From: Deltaproteobacteria bacterium
Lineage (GTDB): Bacteria; SAR324; NAC60-12
DNA length: 64,000 bases
Assembly (NCBI GenBank): GCA_038150265.1
Contig: JAYOTF010000004.1
Coordinates: 32,001-96,000, forward strand
Direction of reading: 5' to 3'
Part shown: piece by piece, positions 9,270 to 18,333 of the stretch
How the letters are laid out: each line of letters begins with the position of its first letter
Numbering within the stretch: position 1 is the first letter of the stretch
The notes under the pieces: model-generated
Told to the model about the DNA's origin: nothing
Seen by the model: only the letters and a program-made list of their open reading frames with translations
The model's database searches: none
Program-made: the position numbers and the translations under genes

Positions 9270-10682
9270 ATGTCTGCTTTTACCGCCGAAGCCCCTGTTC
9301 CCAGCACCACGAAGAAGGTCCGCATCAAACCGGAAGGCGCCCTGGACTTCCTCTCGTTGCGGGAGATCCAGAAGCTTCGGGACAGCAACGAAGGGGGCCT
9401 GTACAACGTCTTCCGCCGCTGCGCCCTTGCGGTGCTCAATACGGGAAACGAAACCGACAGCGGCGCCGAGTTGCTCCGGATGTTTCCGGACTTCGACATC
9501 CAGATTGTTCCTCAGGCCCGAGGCGTCCGCCTGGAAGTGGAAGGGGCTCCGGACACCGCGTTTGTCGATGACGTCATGCTGCAGGGCATCCGGGAGCACC
9601 TGTTTTCGGTCCTGCGCGACATCATCTACGTCAGCAACCAGCTCGAAGCCTCCGACCGCTTTGACCTTGGCACCTCAGACGGCATCACGGACTTCATCTT
9701 TCACATCCTGCGCAACGCAGGGGTGCTCGAGCACCTGATCCCCTTCAACCTCATCGTCTGCTGGGGGGGACACTCCATCAACTACACGGAGTATCAGTAC
9801 ACCAAGGAAGTGGGCTACCACCTCGGCCTGCGGGGCTTCAACATCTGCACCGGCTGCGGCCCGGGTGCCATGAAGGGGCCCATGAAGGGGGCCGCCGTCG
9901 GACACGCCAAGCAGCGCAACCGCCACGGACGCTACATCGGCCTCACCGAACCCGGCATCATTGCCTCCGAGGCTCCGAATCCGATGGTCAACACGCTGGT
10001 GATCATGCCCGACATCGAGAAGCGACTGGAGTCCTTTGTCCGCATGGGCCACGGTTTCATCATCTTCCCCGGAGGGGCAGGGACCGCTGAAGAAATCCTC
10101 TACCTGCTCGGCATCCTCATGCACCCGGAAAACCAGGGCGTGCCCTTTCCCCTCATCCTCACGGGTCCCAAGGAAAGCGAGGCGTACTTTGAGCAGATCG
10201 ACCGCTTCATCGTCTCCATCCTCGGGGAGGAGGTCCGGAAGCACTACCAGATCATTGTCGGAGATCCGGAGGAGGTCGCCCGGCAGATGCAGAAGACCGT
10301 CCCGCGAGTCCGGGAGTTCCGGCGCTCACGACGCGACGCCTACTACTTCAACTGGACGCTGCACATCGACCCGATCTTCCAGCAGCCCTTCGTGCCCACG
10401 CATGAAAACATGGCCGCGCTCAACCTGAACCCCGGGCAGCCGCCGCATGAACTTGCCGCCCAACTCCGGCGCATGTTCTCCGGAATCGTCTCAGGCAACA
10501 TCAAGGATGACGGCGTGGCCGCCGTGGCAGCACATGGGCCATTTGTCATCAACGGCAAGCGCGAGTGGATGGAACAGCTTGACGTCCTCCTGCGATCGTT
10601 CTGCGACCAGCACCGCATGAAGCTTCCGGGCATGGGCGAGTACCAGCCCTGCTACCGCGTGGGGTCCGGAGCCGACGCATGA
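9270..10682 (+). CDS. ppnN: Nucleotide 5'-monophosphate nucleosidase (LOG family)
   Basis: CALAVLNTG, VCWGGHSI, CTGCGPGAMKGPMKGA, PDIEKRLE, PGGAGTAEE. Confidence 0.93.
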   Translation: MSAFTAEAPVPSTTKKVRIKPEGALDFLSLREIQKLRDSNEGGLYNVFRRCALAVLNTGNETDSGAELLRMFPDFDIQIVPQARGVRLEVEGAPDTAFVDDVMLQGIREHLFSVLRDIIYVSNQLEASDRFDLGTSDGITDFIFHILRNAGVLEHLIPFNLIVCWGGHSINYTEYQYTKEVGYHLGLRGFNICTGCGPGAMKGPMKGAAVGHAKQRNRHGRYIGLTEPGIIASEAPNPMVNTLVIMPDIEKRLESFVRMGHGFIIFPGGAGTAEEILYLLGILMHPENQGVPFPLILTGPKESEAYFEQIDRFIVSILGEEVRKHYQIIVGDPEEVARQMQKTVPRVREFRRSRRDAYYFNWTLHIDPIFQQPFVPTHENMAALNLNPGQPPHELAAQLRRMFSGIVSGNIKDDGVAAVAAHGPFVINGKREWMEQLDVLLRSFCDQHRMKLPGMGEYQPCYRVGSGADA

Positions 10683-11293
10683 ACCTCAAGGAGCAGTTCC
10701 GGCTGAGGGGAGAACCCGAGCTGCGCGCCTCCATCGCTGCCACCCTGCAGGGACATGATGTCACAGAGGGCGTCTGGATCTTTGGCTACGGCTCGCTCAT
10801 CTGGAACCCGGGGTTTCGGCACACCACGGCTCGTGACGCCCAGCTGAAGGGTTACCACCGGCGCCTCTGTGTGGAGTCCAAGGTCTACCGGGGCACTCCG
10901 GAGGCTCCGGGCCTGGTGCTGGGGCTCGACCAGGGAGGGTGCTGCCACGGACGCGTGTTTCACATTGCACCGGACGACCTGGATTCGGAGCTGCTGGAAG
11001 TCTGGGAACGCGAAATGTTTGACGAAAGCTACCTCCCGGCATGGGTCCATCCGGAAACGCCAGCAGGCCCGGTGGAGGCCCTCACCTTCGTGGTCAACCG
11101 CGACACCGACCTGTACATTCCGGAACGCAGCCTCGCCGAGATGACGGACGTTGTGACCCAGGCTGCTGGAGAGCGAGGCACCTGTGAGGAGTACCTCCGC
11201 AACACCGTCGAAGCCCTCCGGCACCATGAGCTTCCCGATCCAGACCTCGAAGCCATTCTTGCGGCAGTGGATGCCCACCGGGGCCCTTCATGA
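10679..11293 (+). CDS. chaC: ChaC family gamma-glutamylcyclotransferase
   Basis: VWIFGYGSLIWNPGF, RGTPEAPGLVLGL, REM. Confidence 0.9.
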   Translation: MNLKEQFRLRGEPELRASIAATLQGHDVTEGVWIFGYGSLIWNPGFRHTTARDAQLKGYHRRLCVESKVYRGTPEAPGLVLGLDQGGCCHGRVFHIAPDDLDSELLEVWEREMFDESYLPAWVHPETPAGPVEALTFVVNRDTDLYIPERSLAEMTDVVTQAAGERGTCEEYLRNTVEALRHHELPDPDLEAILAAVDAHRGPS

Positions 11294-12252
11294 AACGCCT
11301 GCTGGTTTTCTTTTTCTGGGTGCTGCTGCTGTTTGGGCTCGGCGGGACCGCTGGGTGGCGGCTTCATGAAGAGGCCATCCGCAAGGGGTGCATCAACCCG
11401 CAGGATCCGATTGTCACTGCGCCCCTGCAACAGCAGGAGGGGCGACTCGTTCTGAAGCCTCAGGCCGCCGAAACGCTGCGTCTGCTGGCCGTCGGTGATA
11501 CGGGAAGCGGCGATGCCGACCAGCGTCAGGTTGCTCAGGCCATGCAGCAGGTGTGCGCCCAAAACGGCTGTGACGCGGTCCTCTACCTGGGGGACAACCT
11601 CTACCCAGATGGCGCCTCCTCCACCGTGGACCCGCTCTTCCAGAGTCACTTCGAGTCGGTTTATGCCGGCCTCGATCTGCCCTTTCTCGCGGTGCTTGGC
11701 AACCATGACGTCCACCTCCCTGCCCTCCACGAAGTCAACTACACCGCCCAGTCCAGCAAGTGGCAGCTCCCGGCTCCGGAGTACAGCGTGGAAGCGGGCC
11801 CAGTGGAGCTGCATGCCCTCAACACCAACTGCCCAGCCGCCTGGACGCTGGCACAAAAAGTAAGGGAAGCGCCCCGGACCCCGTGGACCCTCGTGTTTGC
11901 ACACCACCCCGTCTACTCCGCTGGCACTCACGGAGATGCCGACCCACTCACCCGGGTGCTCGCCAACTCGCTGCTTTCCAACCGGGTGGATTTTTACCTT
12001 TCCGGACACGATCACCACCTGGCTCACCTGCAGTTTCCCGGGGTCACCACCGACTTCATCGTCAGCGGAGCCGGGGGCAAGCACTACCGAGACACCCCTC
12101 CGGACGACCTGCAGACCAGTCAGGCGCGCCTGCGCTTTCAGCACCTTGATACCGGATTCGTCTGGCTGCAGTTTGACGTCCGGCAGGCACGTGTGGAATT
12201 CTATGACGGAAACGCCCGCCTGCTTTACCAGTTTACCAAAGACGCCTTATGA
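11290..12252 (+). CDS. Metallophosphoesterase, purple/tartrate-resistant acid phosphatase type
   Basis: All five PAP motifs: GDTG, GDNLY, GNHD, AHHP, GHDH. N-terminal hydrophobic anchor. Confidence 0.88.
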   Translation: MKRLLVFFFWVLLLFGLGGTAGWRLHEEAIRKGCINPQDPIVTAPLQQQEGRLVLKPQAAETLRLLAVGDTGSGDADQRQVAQAMQQVCAQNGCDAVLYLGDNLYPDGASSTVDPLFQSHFESVYAGLDLPFLAVLGNHDVHLPALHEVNYTAQSSKWQLPAPEYSVEAGPVELHALNTNCPAAWTLAQKVREAPRTPWTLVFAHHPVYSAGTHGDADPLTRVLANSLLSNRVDFYLSGHDHHLAHLQFPGVTTDFIVSGAGGKHYRDTPPDDLQTSQARLRFQHLDTGFVWLQFDVRQARVEFYDGNARLLYQFTKDAL

Positions 12253-13049
12253 CAGAACCGTTGCTGGTCTTTGCCCACGCCAACGGGTTTCCCGGGCAGT
12301 GCTACACCGAGCTGTTTGAAGCCCTCACGCCGTGGGAAGTTCAGGCCCTGCCTTGCATGGGAGACGGTCACCGGGCGGAGGACGTACGCTGGGAGTTCTT
12401 TGCCGACGAGGTGCTGGAGGTGCTGGTTTCGCTGAAGCGCCCTTTGGTGGGGCTGGGGCACTCATTGGGAGGAGTGGTGATGCTCATGGCTGCGGCCAAG
12501 CGTCCGGACCTGTTTGTCCACCTGATCACGCTGGATCCGCCGCTGATCGCCCGCTGGAAACGGGAGTTGCACTGGGGCCTCCAGAAGGTGCGGCTGGGAG
12601 ATCGCTTCACCCCAGCCTGGAAGTCCCGGAACCGCCGGGAGCACTTTTCCAGCCGCGAGGAGGCCCTGAACTACTTCCGGGGACGTGGGCTCTTCAAGCA
12701 CTTCTCGGAGCGAGCCCTTCAGCTTTATGTGGAACACGGGCTGCGGGAAAACGAGTCAGGCGTGACTCTGACGATTCCCCGAGAGGTGGAGGTCCAGATC
12801 TTCCGGACGCTTCCGGCGCGGCTGCCCCGAGGCGTGCGGGAGTTAGAGGGGACGTTGATTCATGCGACTGCGCCTTCGCTCCTGACGCCGCAGGACCTGC
12901 GGTGGTGGAACCGGACCCTGCCCCACTTTGAGCAGATCCCCCTTGCGGCAGGGCACCTCTTTCCGCTGGACCAGCCGGATGCCACCGGCGCCCTCATTGC
13001 TGAGGTGCTTCAGCGGCAAGTCAAGCGTGAGGGCGTTCAGGCAAGCTGA
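12249..13049 (+). CDS. Alpha/beta hydrolase
   Basis: HANGF, GHSLGG nucleophile motif, GHLFPL. Confidence 0.9.
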   Translation: MTEPLLVFAHANGFPGQCYTELFEALTPWEVQALPCMGDGHRAEDVRWEFFADEVLEVLVSLKRPLVGLGHSLGGVVMLMAAAKRPDLFVHLITLDPPLIARWKRELHWGLQKVRLGDRFTPAWKSRNRREHFSSREEALNYFRGRGLFKHFSERALQLYVEHGLRENESGVTLTIPREVEVQIFRTLPARLPRGVRELEGTLIHATAPSLLTPQDLRWWNRTLPHFEQIPLAAGHLFPLDQPDATGALIAEVLQRQVKREGVQAS

Positions 13050-13594
13050 GGAGAGGCGCTGGGGGCCGACGCCTGAAGGAGGTCGGGATACGCGGCGGCA
13101 CGGTCGATGTACACCTGTGCCACCAGGCGGTTGCGCTCCAGGATGCGTTCGTCGTAGGTCTTGCGGACCTGTCCGGGGGATCCCACCACGAGGGAGAACG
13201 GCGGAATGATGGTGTTTTCCAGGACCACGGCGCCTGCCCCCACAATGCTGCCACGCCCAATCCGGGCCCCATTCATCACCACCGCGCCCATTCCAATCAG
13301 GCAGTCGTCTTCCACCACACAGCCGTGCATGATGCACCGATGCCCCACGGTGACGCGGTCTCCCAGAATCAGGGGGGTTCCGGGGTCGGCATGTCCCACC
13401 GAAAGGTCCTGCAGGTTCGTCCCGGCTCCAATGGTGATCCATTCCGTATCCCCGCGCAGGACCGTGTTGAACCAGACGGACGACTGAGCGCCCATCCGGA
13501 CGCCTCCGATGACCTGGGCGCCCGGCGCCACAAAAACCGACTCATGCAGATCCGGATGCCGGTCTCCCAGCGTCCAGGTTCCGGAGTCCCTCAT
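13037..13594 (-). CDS. Gamma carbonic anhydrase family protein (YrdA/PaaY-like)
   Basis: Hexapeptide repeats; LRGD, NLQD, VTVGH..MHGC. Confidence 0.92.
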   Translation of the reverse strand: MRDSGTWTLGDRHPDLHESVFVAPGAQVIGGVRMGAQSSVWFNTVLRGDTEWITIGAGTNLQDLSVGHADPGTPLILGDRVTVGHRCIMHGCVVEDDCLIGMGAVVMNGARIGRGSIVGAGAVVLENTIIPPFSLVVGSPGQVRKTYDERILERNRLVAQVYIDRAAAYPDLLQASAPSASPQLA

Positions 13595-13848
13595 GGAAGC
13601 TGCCCCTTGCGGAAGGCCGCCCCAATGTTCGCCCAGATTTGCAGAATTTCCCGGATCGCCTCTTCCTCAAGCCCCGTTTCCTGGAGCAAAAAGGGCATGG
13701 TGGCCTTGACATCCGTGCAGTGATCCCGGACCCCTTTGGCACAGTACACGGCCCACACCTGATGCTCGGCAGCAGTGCGGTTCGGGCGCTGGGCCATGAC
13801 TTCTGCCGGGTTGACCTCCCAGATTTCTTCCAATTCGATGAACTGCAT
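13591..13848 (-). CDS. Hypothetical protein (85 aa)
   Basis: MQFIELEEIWEV...; the stop overlaps the ATG of the gamma-CA gene (ATGA coupling). Confidence 0.65.
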   Translation of the reverse strand: MQFIELEEIWEVNPAEVMAQRPNRTAAEHQVWAVYCAKGVRDHCTDVKATMPFLLQETGLEEEAIREILQIWANIGAAFRKGQLP

Positions 13849-13964
13849 GGCGCTTGTCTCATGAGATGTTGAAGGAACCACACCGCTCGACTTTCTGGCG
13901 AACGCGGCTGGACAGGCAAGAACCTCAGACAGCATGCAGTCTGTCCGGACTGAACCGCAAGTAC

Positions 13965-13995
13965 AAGTAAAGTTTCGTTTCAAAGTGAACGAAAC
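13965..13995 (-). terminator. Probable intrinsic terminator of the lacI-family gene
   Basis: GTTTCGTT-N8-AACGAAAC inverted repeat followed by TTTACTT on the minus strand, shortly after the stop codon. Confidence 0.5.
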
Positions 13996-14012
13996 CGGCC
14001 CCAGTCCCGGGT

Positions 14013-15014
14013 TCAGATGGAGTGTCGCATCACCACCGGGCACTCCAGCTTGATCTTGCTCGGCGTCCGGGCTCCCAGCACCAGCTGCTCCACCGCCCAG
14101 CGTCCCATCTCAAGGTGGGGGAGGAGGACGGTCGAAAGGGCAGGAGAGAGGTGCTGGGCCACTTCCTGATCATCATACCCCATCACGGCCACGTCCTGCG
14201 GAATCTGCAGTCCGGCTTCCTTCAGGGCCTCGTAGCACCCGAGCGCCATCAGGTCGTTGGCACAGAAGATGGCGGTGGGCCGCACCTTCAGGGCCAGAAG
14301 GTGGCACGTCGCTTCATAGCCACCGCTGGGCAGGAAGTTGCCCGTCCGCGAGTAGTCGGGCTGAAAGGGAATGTCATGCGTGGCCAACGCCTGCCGGTAT
14401 CCGGCAAAGCGGTCCCGGGCGGCCTCCATCCAGGGCTCACCATGAATGAAGGCAATGCGCCGGTGTCCGGACTGAATGAGGGCTTCTGTTGCCGCAAAGC
14501 CGCCCATCACCTCTGAAGGCACCACCGCCGGAAAGCGCGGGGTCGCCTCGTAGCAGTTGAGCAGAACCGTCGGAATGGAGTCGAGCGCCGGGGGCAGCGT
14601 CACTTCCCGCGTGAGGATCGACGCATAAATGACCCCCTCCACCTGCATGGCCTTCCAGTGCTCCAGGGTGGCCTCCTCGCGATCGGCCTTTCCTCCGGTT
14701 TTTGCGGAAACCAGCAGCCGGCCATGCTCCCACGCCGCCTCCTGGGCGCCTTCCACGGAAAGCGCCGCAAAGGGGCTGGTCATGATCTCGTCCACGAGCA
14801 TGCCAATCCACGAGTGACGCTGCCCCTTCTGGGGCGCTCCTCCGGACCGGCGAGCGTACCCCATCCGGTCGGCCACCTCCAGCACCCGCTGCCGGGTGGC
14901 CTCTGCAATGCGCACCCCCTCCACACCATTCAGGACAAACGAGACGGTGGACTGCGACACCCCGGCCTCGTGTGCCACATCCTGCATGGTCAATCGACGC
15001 TTTTCTTCAGTCAT
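14013..15014 (-). CDS. LacI family transcriptional regulator
   Basis: TMQDVAHEAGVSQSTVSFVLN HTH; PTAIFCANDLMALG; GYDD. Confidence 0.95.
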   Translation of the reverse strand: MTEEKRRLTMQDVAHEAGVSQSTVSFVLNGVEGVRIAEATRQRVLEVADRMGYARRSGGAPQKGQRHSWIGMLVDEIMTSPFAALSVEGAQEAAWEHGRLLVSAKTGGKADREEATLEHWKAMQVEGVIYASILTREVTLPPALDSIPTVLLNCYEATPRFPAVVPSEVMGGFAATEALIQSGHRRIAFIHGEPWMEAARDRFAGYRQALATHDIPFQPDYSRTGNFLPSGGYEATCHLLALKVRPTAIFCANDLMALGCYEALKEAGLQIPQDVAVMGYDDQEVAQHLSPALSTVLLPHLEMGRWAVEQLVLGARTPSKIKLECPVVMRHSI

Positions 15015-15079
15015 GCCTCTACTTGGAACTCAAATCGTCAGAGGGAAAATTTCTACTTGAATCTCTGCTCAGACTCAAG

Positions 15080-15119
15080 TAATAATCGTTTACTAATATT
15101 TGCTAATAATTAGCAAATA
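15080..15119. promoter_or_regulatory. Operator region between the lacI-family gene and the ABC operon
   Basis: CG-centred LacI-like site TAATAAT-CG-TTTACTA (15080-15095) and perfect inverted repeat TATTTGCTAAT-a-ATTAGCAAATA (15097-15119). Confidence 0.6.
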
Positions 15120-15149
15120 GCCAAAAACCGCTGGTTTACCGAGCCCCTG

Positions 15150-16064
15150 ATGGCAGCACCGACCCTCACCCCACCCTTTTGGATTCGGCACCGAGACACC
15201 CTGGAGGGTTATGCCTTCCTGTTCCCGTTTCTGGTGGTCTATGCGGTCTTTCTGCTCTTTCCCTTCTTCAAGGGCATCTGGATCAGCCTTCATTCCTGGA
15301 ACCTGCTGGAAGTCGCCTTCAACCCGGAGGCAAAGACCTGGATCGGGCTGGCGAACTTCCTGGACCTGTTGACGCTGGACCGGCGTTTTTGGGACATCGT
15401 GCTCCACACCCTGGAGTTCGTCTTCCTCACGGTGCCGACCATCACGATCATCGGTTTGCTCCTCGCTGTTGCCCTGAACCGCGAAACGCGGGCAATGGCG
15501 ATCCTCCGGACGCTGTTTTTCCTCTCACAGGTGCTGTCGGTCACCGTCGTGACCCTGATCTGGCAGTTGCTGTACAGTCCGCAACAGGGGCTGATCGGGA
15601 AGGTTCTTGAGGCGTTGGGGCTGGAGGCGCTGGACTGGGTCACCTCGCCCGACCGGGCCATGCCGTCCCTGGTAATTGTGACGGTGTGGTGGTCCATCGG
15701 GTTTGCGATGATCCTCTTCCTCGCGGGGCTCCAGGAAATTCCGCAGGAGCGTTACGAGGCTGCGCGGCTGGATGGGGCTTCGCGCTGGAGGCTGCTCTGG
15801 CACATCACGCTTCCAGGCATCCGACGCACGACCACGCTGGTGGTCATCTTCGAAATCATCCTGCACTTTCAGGTCTTTGGACAGTCGCACCTGATCACCC
15901 GAGGGGGACCCAACGATCAGACGCAGGTGCTCGTCCGCTACATTTACCAAACGGCCTTCCGGGACTCGGAGCTGGGATACGCTTCCGCGTTAGCGATGGT
16001 GCTGTTTTTCCTGATGCTCGGCTTTTCGGTGCTTCAGCTTCGCCTCAACCGGGAGGATTCATGA
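15150..16064 (+). CDS. Carbohydrate ABC transporter permease (MalF-like)
   Basis: EAA motif YEAARLDGA; ITRGGP; GYASA. Confidence 0.95.
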   Translation: MAAPTLTPPFWIRHRDTLEGYAFLFPFLVVYAVFLLFPFFKGIWISLHSWNLLEVAFNPEAKTWIGLANFLDLLTLDRRFWDIVLHTLEFVFLTVPTITIIGLLLAVALNRETRAMAILRTLFFLSQVLSVTVVTLIWQLLYSPQQGLIGKVLEALGLEALDWVTSPDRAMPSLVIVTVWWSIGFAMILFLAGLQEIPQERYEAARLDGASRWRLLWHITLPGIRRTTTLVVIFEIILHFQVFGQSHLITRGGPNDQTQVLVRYIYQTAFRDSELGYASALAMVLFFLMLGFSVLQLRLNREDS

Positions 16065-16900
16065 GCCGCGCCCGTCGCCAGTACTGGCTGCTGACTTCTT
16101 TCCTGGGCGCCTTGGCGTTCCTGTGGCTGGTTCCCACGCTGTGGATGCTGTCGCTGTCCTTTCAGCCCAACGACCTCCTGGCCCGGACGACCTCGAACTT
16201 TGCGTTTGGCCTCATTCCGTTTCCGTTTACCGGGGAAAACTACGTCCGGCTGCTCAACTATGGCCTCACGCCTCGCTGGTTCCTGAACAGCTTCATCGTT
16301 GCCGGAGGCATGACGGTGCTGGTGCTGGCGCTCTCTTCCACAGCCGGATACGCCCTGGCCCGGATTCCCTTCAAGGGGCGCTCGGTGGTGTACGCCCTCA
16401 TTGTGGCCGGGTTGGTGATTCCGGAGCAAGCGGTCTTCATTCCCCTCTACACGCAGTTTGCTGACTGGAAGCTGCACAACACCTACTTTGCGCTGATCAC
16501 CCCACGACTGGCAGTGCCGATTGGGGTGTTCCTGATGACTCAGTTCTTCCGGGGCATTCCAGCCGAGGTGGAGGAAGCCGCCCAGCTCGATGGCGCCAAC
16601 CGATGGGTCATCTTTACCCGCATCATGCTGCCGCTGTCGTGGCCGGCCCTGACGACGCTGGCGATCCTGACCTTTCTGTATGCCTGGAACGACTACCTGT
16701 GTCCACTCGTCTCGGCGCAGCGCAAGGAGATGTTTACCATCACCCTGGGGCTGGCAAGCCTGCAGAGCAACTTTGCGCAGTCGGAAGGACTCGGCCGGAT
16801 CATGGCCTCCGGCGTCTTTGCCAGCCTGCCGGTCATTCTCCTTTTCATCGCCTTTCAACGTTTCATCGTGCGCGGCATTGCCCTGGGAGGAAGCAAATGA
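16061..16900 (+). CDS. Carbohydrate ABC transporter permease (MalG-like)
   Basis: ATG at 16061 after GGAGG; EEAAQLDGA, WNDY, QRFIVRGI. Confidence 0.95.
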   Translation: MSRARRQYWLLTSFLGALAFLWLVPTLWMLSLSFQPNDLLARTTSNFAFGLIPFPFTGENYVRLLNYGLTPRWFLNSFIVAGGMTVLVLALSSTAGYALARIPFKGRSVVYALIVAGLVIPEQAVFIPLYTQFADWKLHNTYFALITPRLAVPIGVFLMTQFFRGIPAEVEEAAQLDGANRWVIFTRIMLPLSWPALTTLAILTFLYAWNDYLCPLVSAQRKEMFTITLGLASLQSNFAQSEGLGRIMASGVFASLPVILLFIAFQRFIVRGIALGGSK

Positions 16901-16979
16901 TGCCGATTGTGTACGTCCTGCCCGCGTTGGCGCAGGGGCTTCCTTCCACTTATTCTGAATCTCACTACGGGAGTGAACT

Positions 16980-18275
16980 ATGAAAACTCTGCTTCGCTGG
17001 GGAGCCGTCTGCCTGCTGGGTCTGGCCCCTCTGTCTTCTGCATCCGCCCAAACGGAAATCACCCTGGGCCGCTTCTTTGGAGCCTGTGAAAATGCGGGCA
17101 CCAACATTTCGGAAGCCGTTGGGGAGGCCTGCATCATCCAGACGATCATCAACGCCTTCGACGCGGAAAAGTCACAGATCTCCGTGAACACGTTGCCGAC
17201 AGACTGGGGCAACTACTACGATCAGATCAAGGCCAGCTACGCCGGTGGCAATCCTCCGGACATCCACGTCATGCACCGGCACCGCATTCCGGAATTCGCC
17301 GGGCTGGGTGCCATCTCGGCCCTGACGCCCGCAGAGCTGCAGTCGGTGGGGGTGGACGTCAACGACTGGTCCGATTCCGCCCGTGAGGCCGTGAGCTACA
17401 ACGGCCAGATCTACGGCGTGCCCCTGGACTTCCATGCAAACCTGTGGCACCTCAACATGGACCTCTTCAAGAAGGCCGGCCTGATCAACCCGGACGGCAC
17501 CCCGATGCTGCCCTCCAACCCGCAGGAAATGCTGGAGCATGCCCAGAAGGTGAAGGCCGCCACAGGCAAGAACTACCTCGCCGCCGACTTTGCCGAGTTC
17601 CCCATTGGCGTCCGGCTCGTGCTGGCGCTGCTCTGGCAGCAGAACAGCAACGTGTTTGACGGCAAGCAGGCCACGATCAACACGCCCGAAGCCCAAAAGG
17701 CGGTCAAGGCCATCACCGACCTGTTTGCTCAGGGGTACGCCAACCCGAAGCTCAACTATGCCGACTCCCAGCAGTCGTTCCTGAACGGAGAAGCAGCGGT
17801 GCTGGTGAACGGAACCTGGGTGGTGGACTTCTACACCGCAGAAGCCGCCAAGCCGGAGGTGGCCCTGGGGAACTACTACGTCGCCGATTTCCCGACCCTG
17901 TTCAGCACGGGCGCGACCTGGGCCGATTCCCACATGTGGGCCATTCCAGCTTCGCTCAAGGGGCAGGATCCGGACAAGTTCCAGGCCTCGCTTGAGCTGC
18001 TCGGCTGGATCAATGCCCACAACCTCGACTGGGCCCGCACCGGACACATGGCCGTCCGGAAGTCCGTCCTGGCCAGCTCCGAGTACGCGAACCTGCCGCA
18101 CCGCAGCGAGTATGCGCACACCGGACAAATCGCCCGAGACGTGCCGCCGGCCCGCAAGTATGGCGCCATCCAGGATGTCCTCAACCGCGAGCTCCAGGCC
18201 ATCTGGCTCACCGACAAGCCGGTGGAAAGCGCCCTCGCCGATGCGGAAGCTGAAGTGCAGCGCCTCCTTCGCTAA
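16980..18275 (+). CDS. Sugar ABC transporter substrate-binding protein
   Basis: Signal peptide; GNPPDI, GQIYGVPLD, NGTW; position in the operon. Confidence 0.93.
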   Translation: MKTLLRWGAVCLLGLAPLSSASAQTEITLGRFFGACENAGTNISEAVGEACIIQTIINAFDAEKSQISVNTLPTDWGNYYDQIKASYAGGNPPDIHVMHRHRIPEFAGLGAISALTPAELQSVGVDVNDWSDSAREAVSYNGQIYGVPLDFHANLWHLNMDLFKKAGLINPDGTPMLPSNPQEMLEHAQKVKAATGKNYLAADFAEFPIGVRLVLALLWQQNSNVFDGKQATINTPEAQKAVKAITDLFAQGYANPKLNYADSQQSFLNGEAAVLVNGTWVVDFYTAEAAKPEVALGNYYVADFPTLFSTGATWADSHMWAIPASLKGQDPDKFQASLELLGWINAHNLDWARTGHMAVRKSVLASSEYANLPHRSEYAHTGQIARDVPPARKYGAIQDVLNRELQAIWLTDKPVESALADAEAEVQRLLR

Positions 18276-18286
18276 CCCTCTTGTCG

Positions 18287-18311
18287 CCTGACCTCTCCGG
18301 AGGTCAGGTTT
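18287..18311 (+). terminator. Intercistronic hairpin after the substrate-binding protein gene (attenuating or mRNA-stabilising)
   Basis: CCTGACCTC-tccg-GAGGTCAGG-TTT. Confidence 0.55.
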
Positions 18312-18333
18312 CCCCCTTGCGTCACCGGCCCTT

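Noticed and set aside
15686..16060. N-terminal extension of the second ABC permease ORF
   Set aside because: It overlaps the first permease; the RBS-supported start is at 16061.
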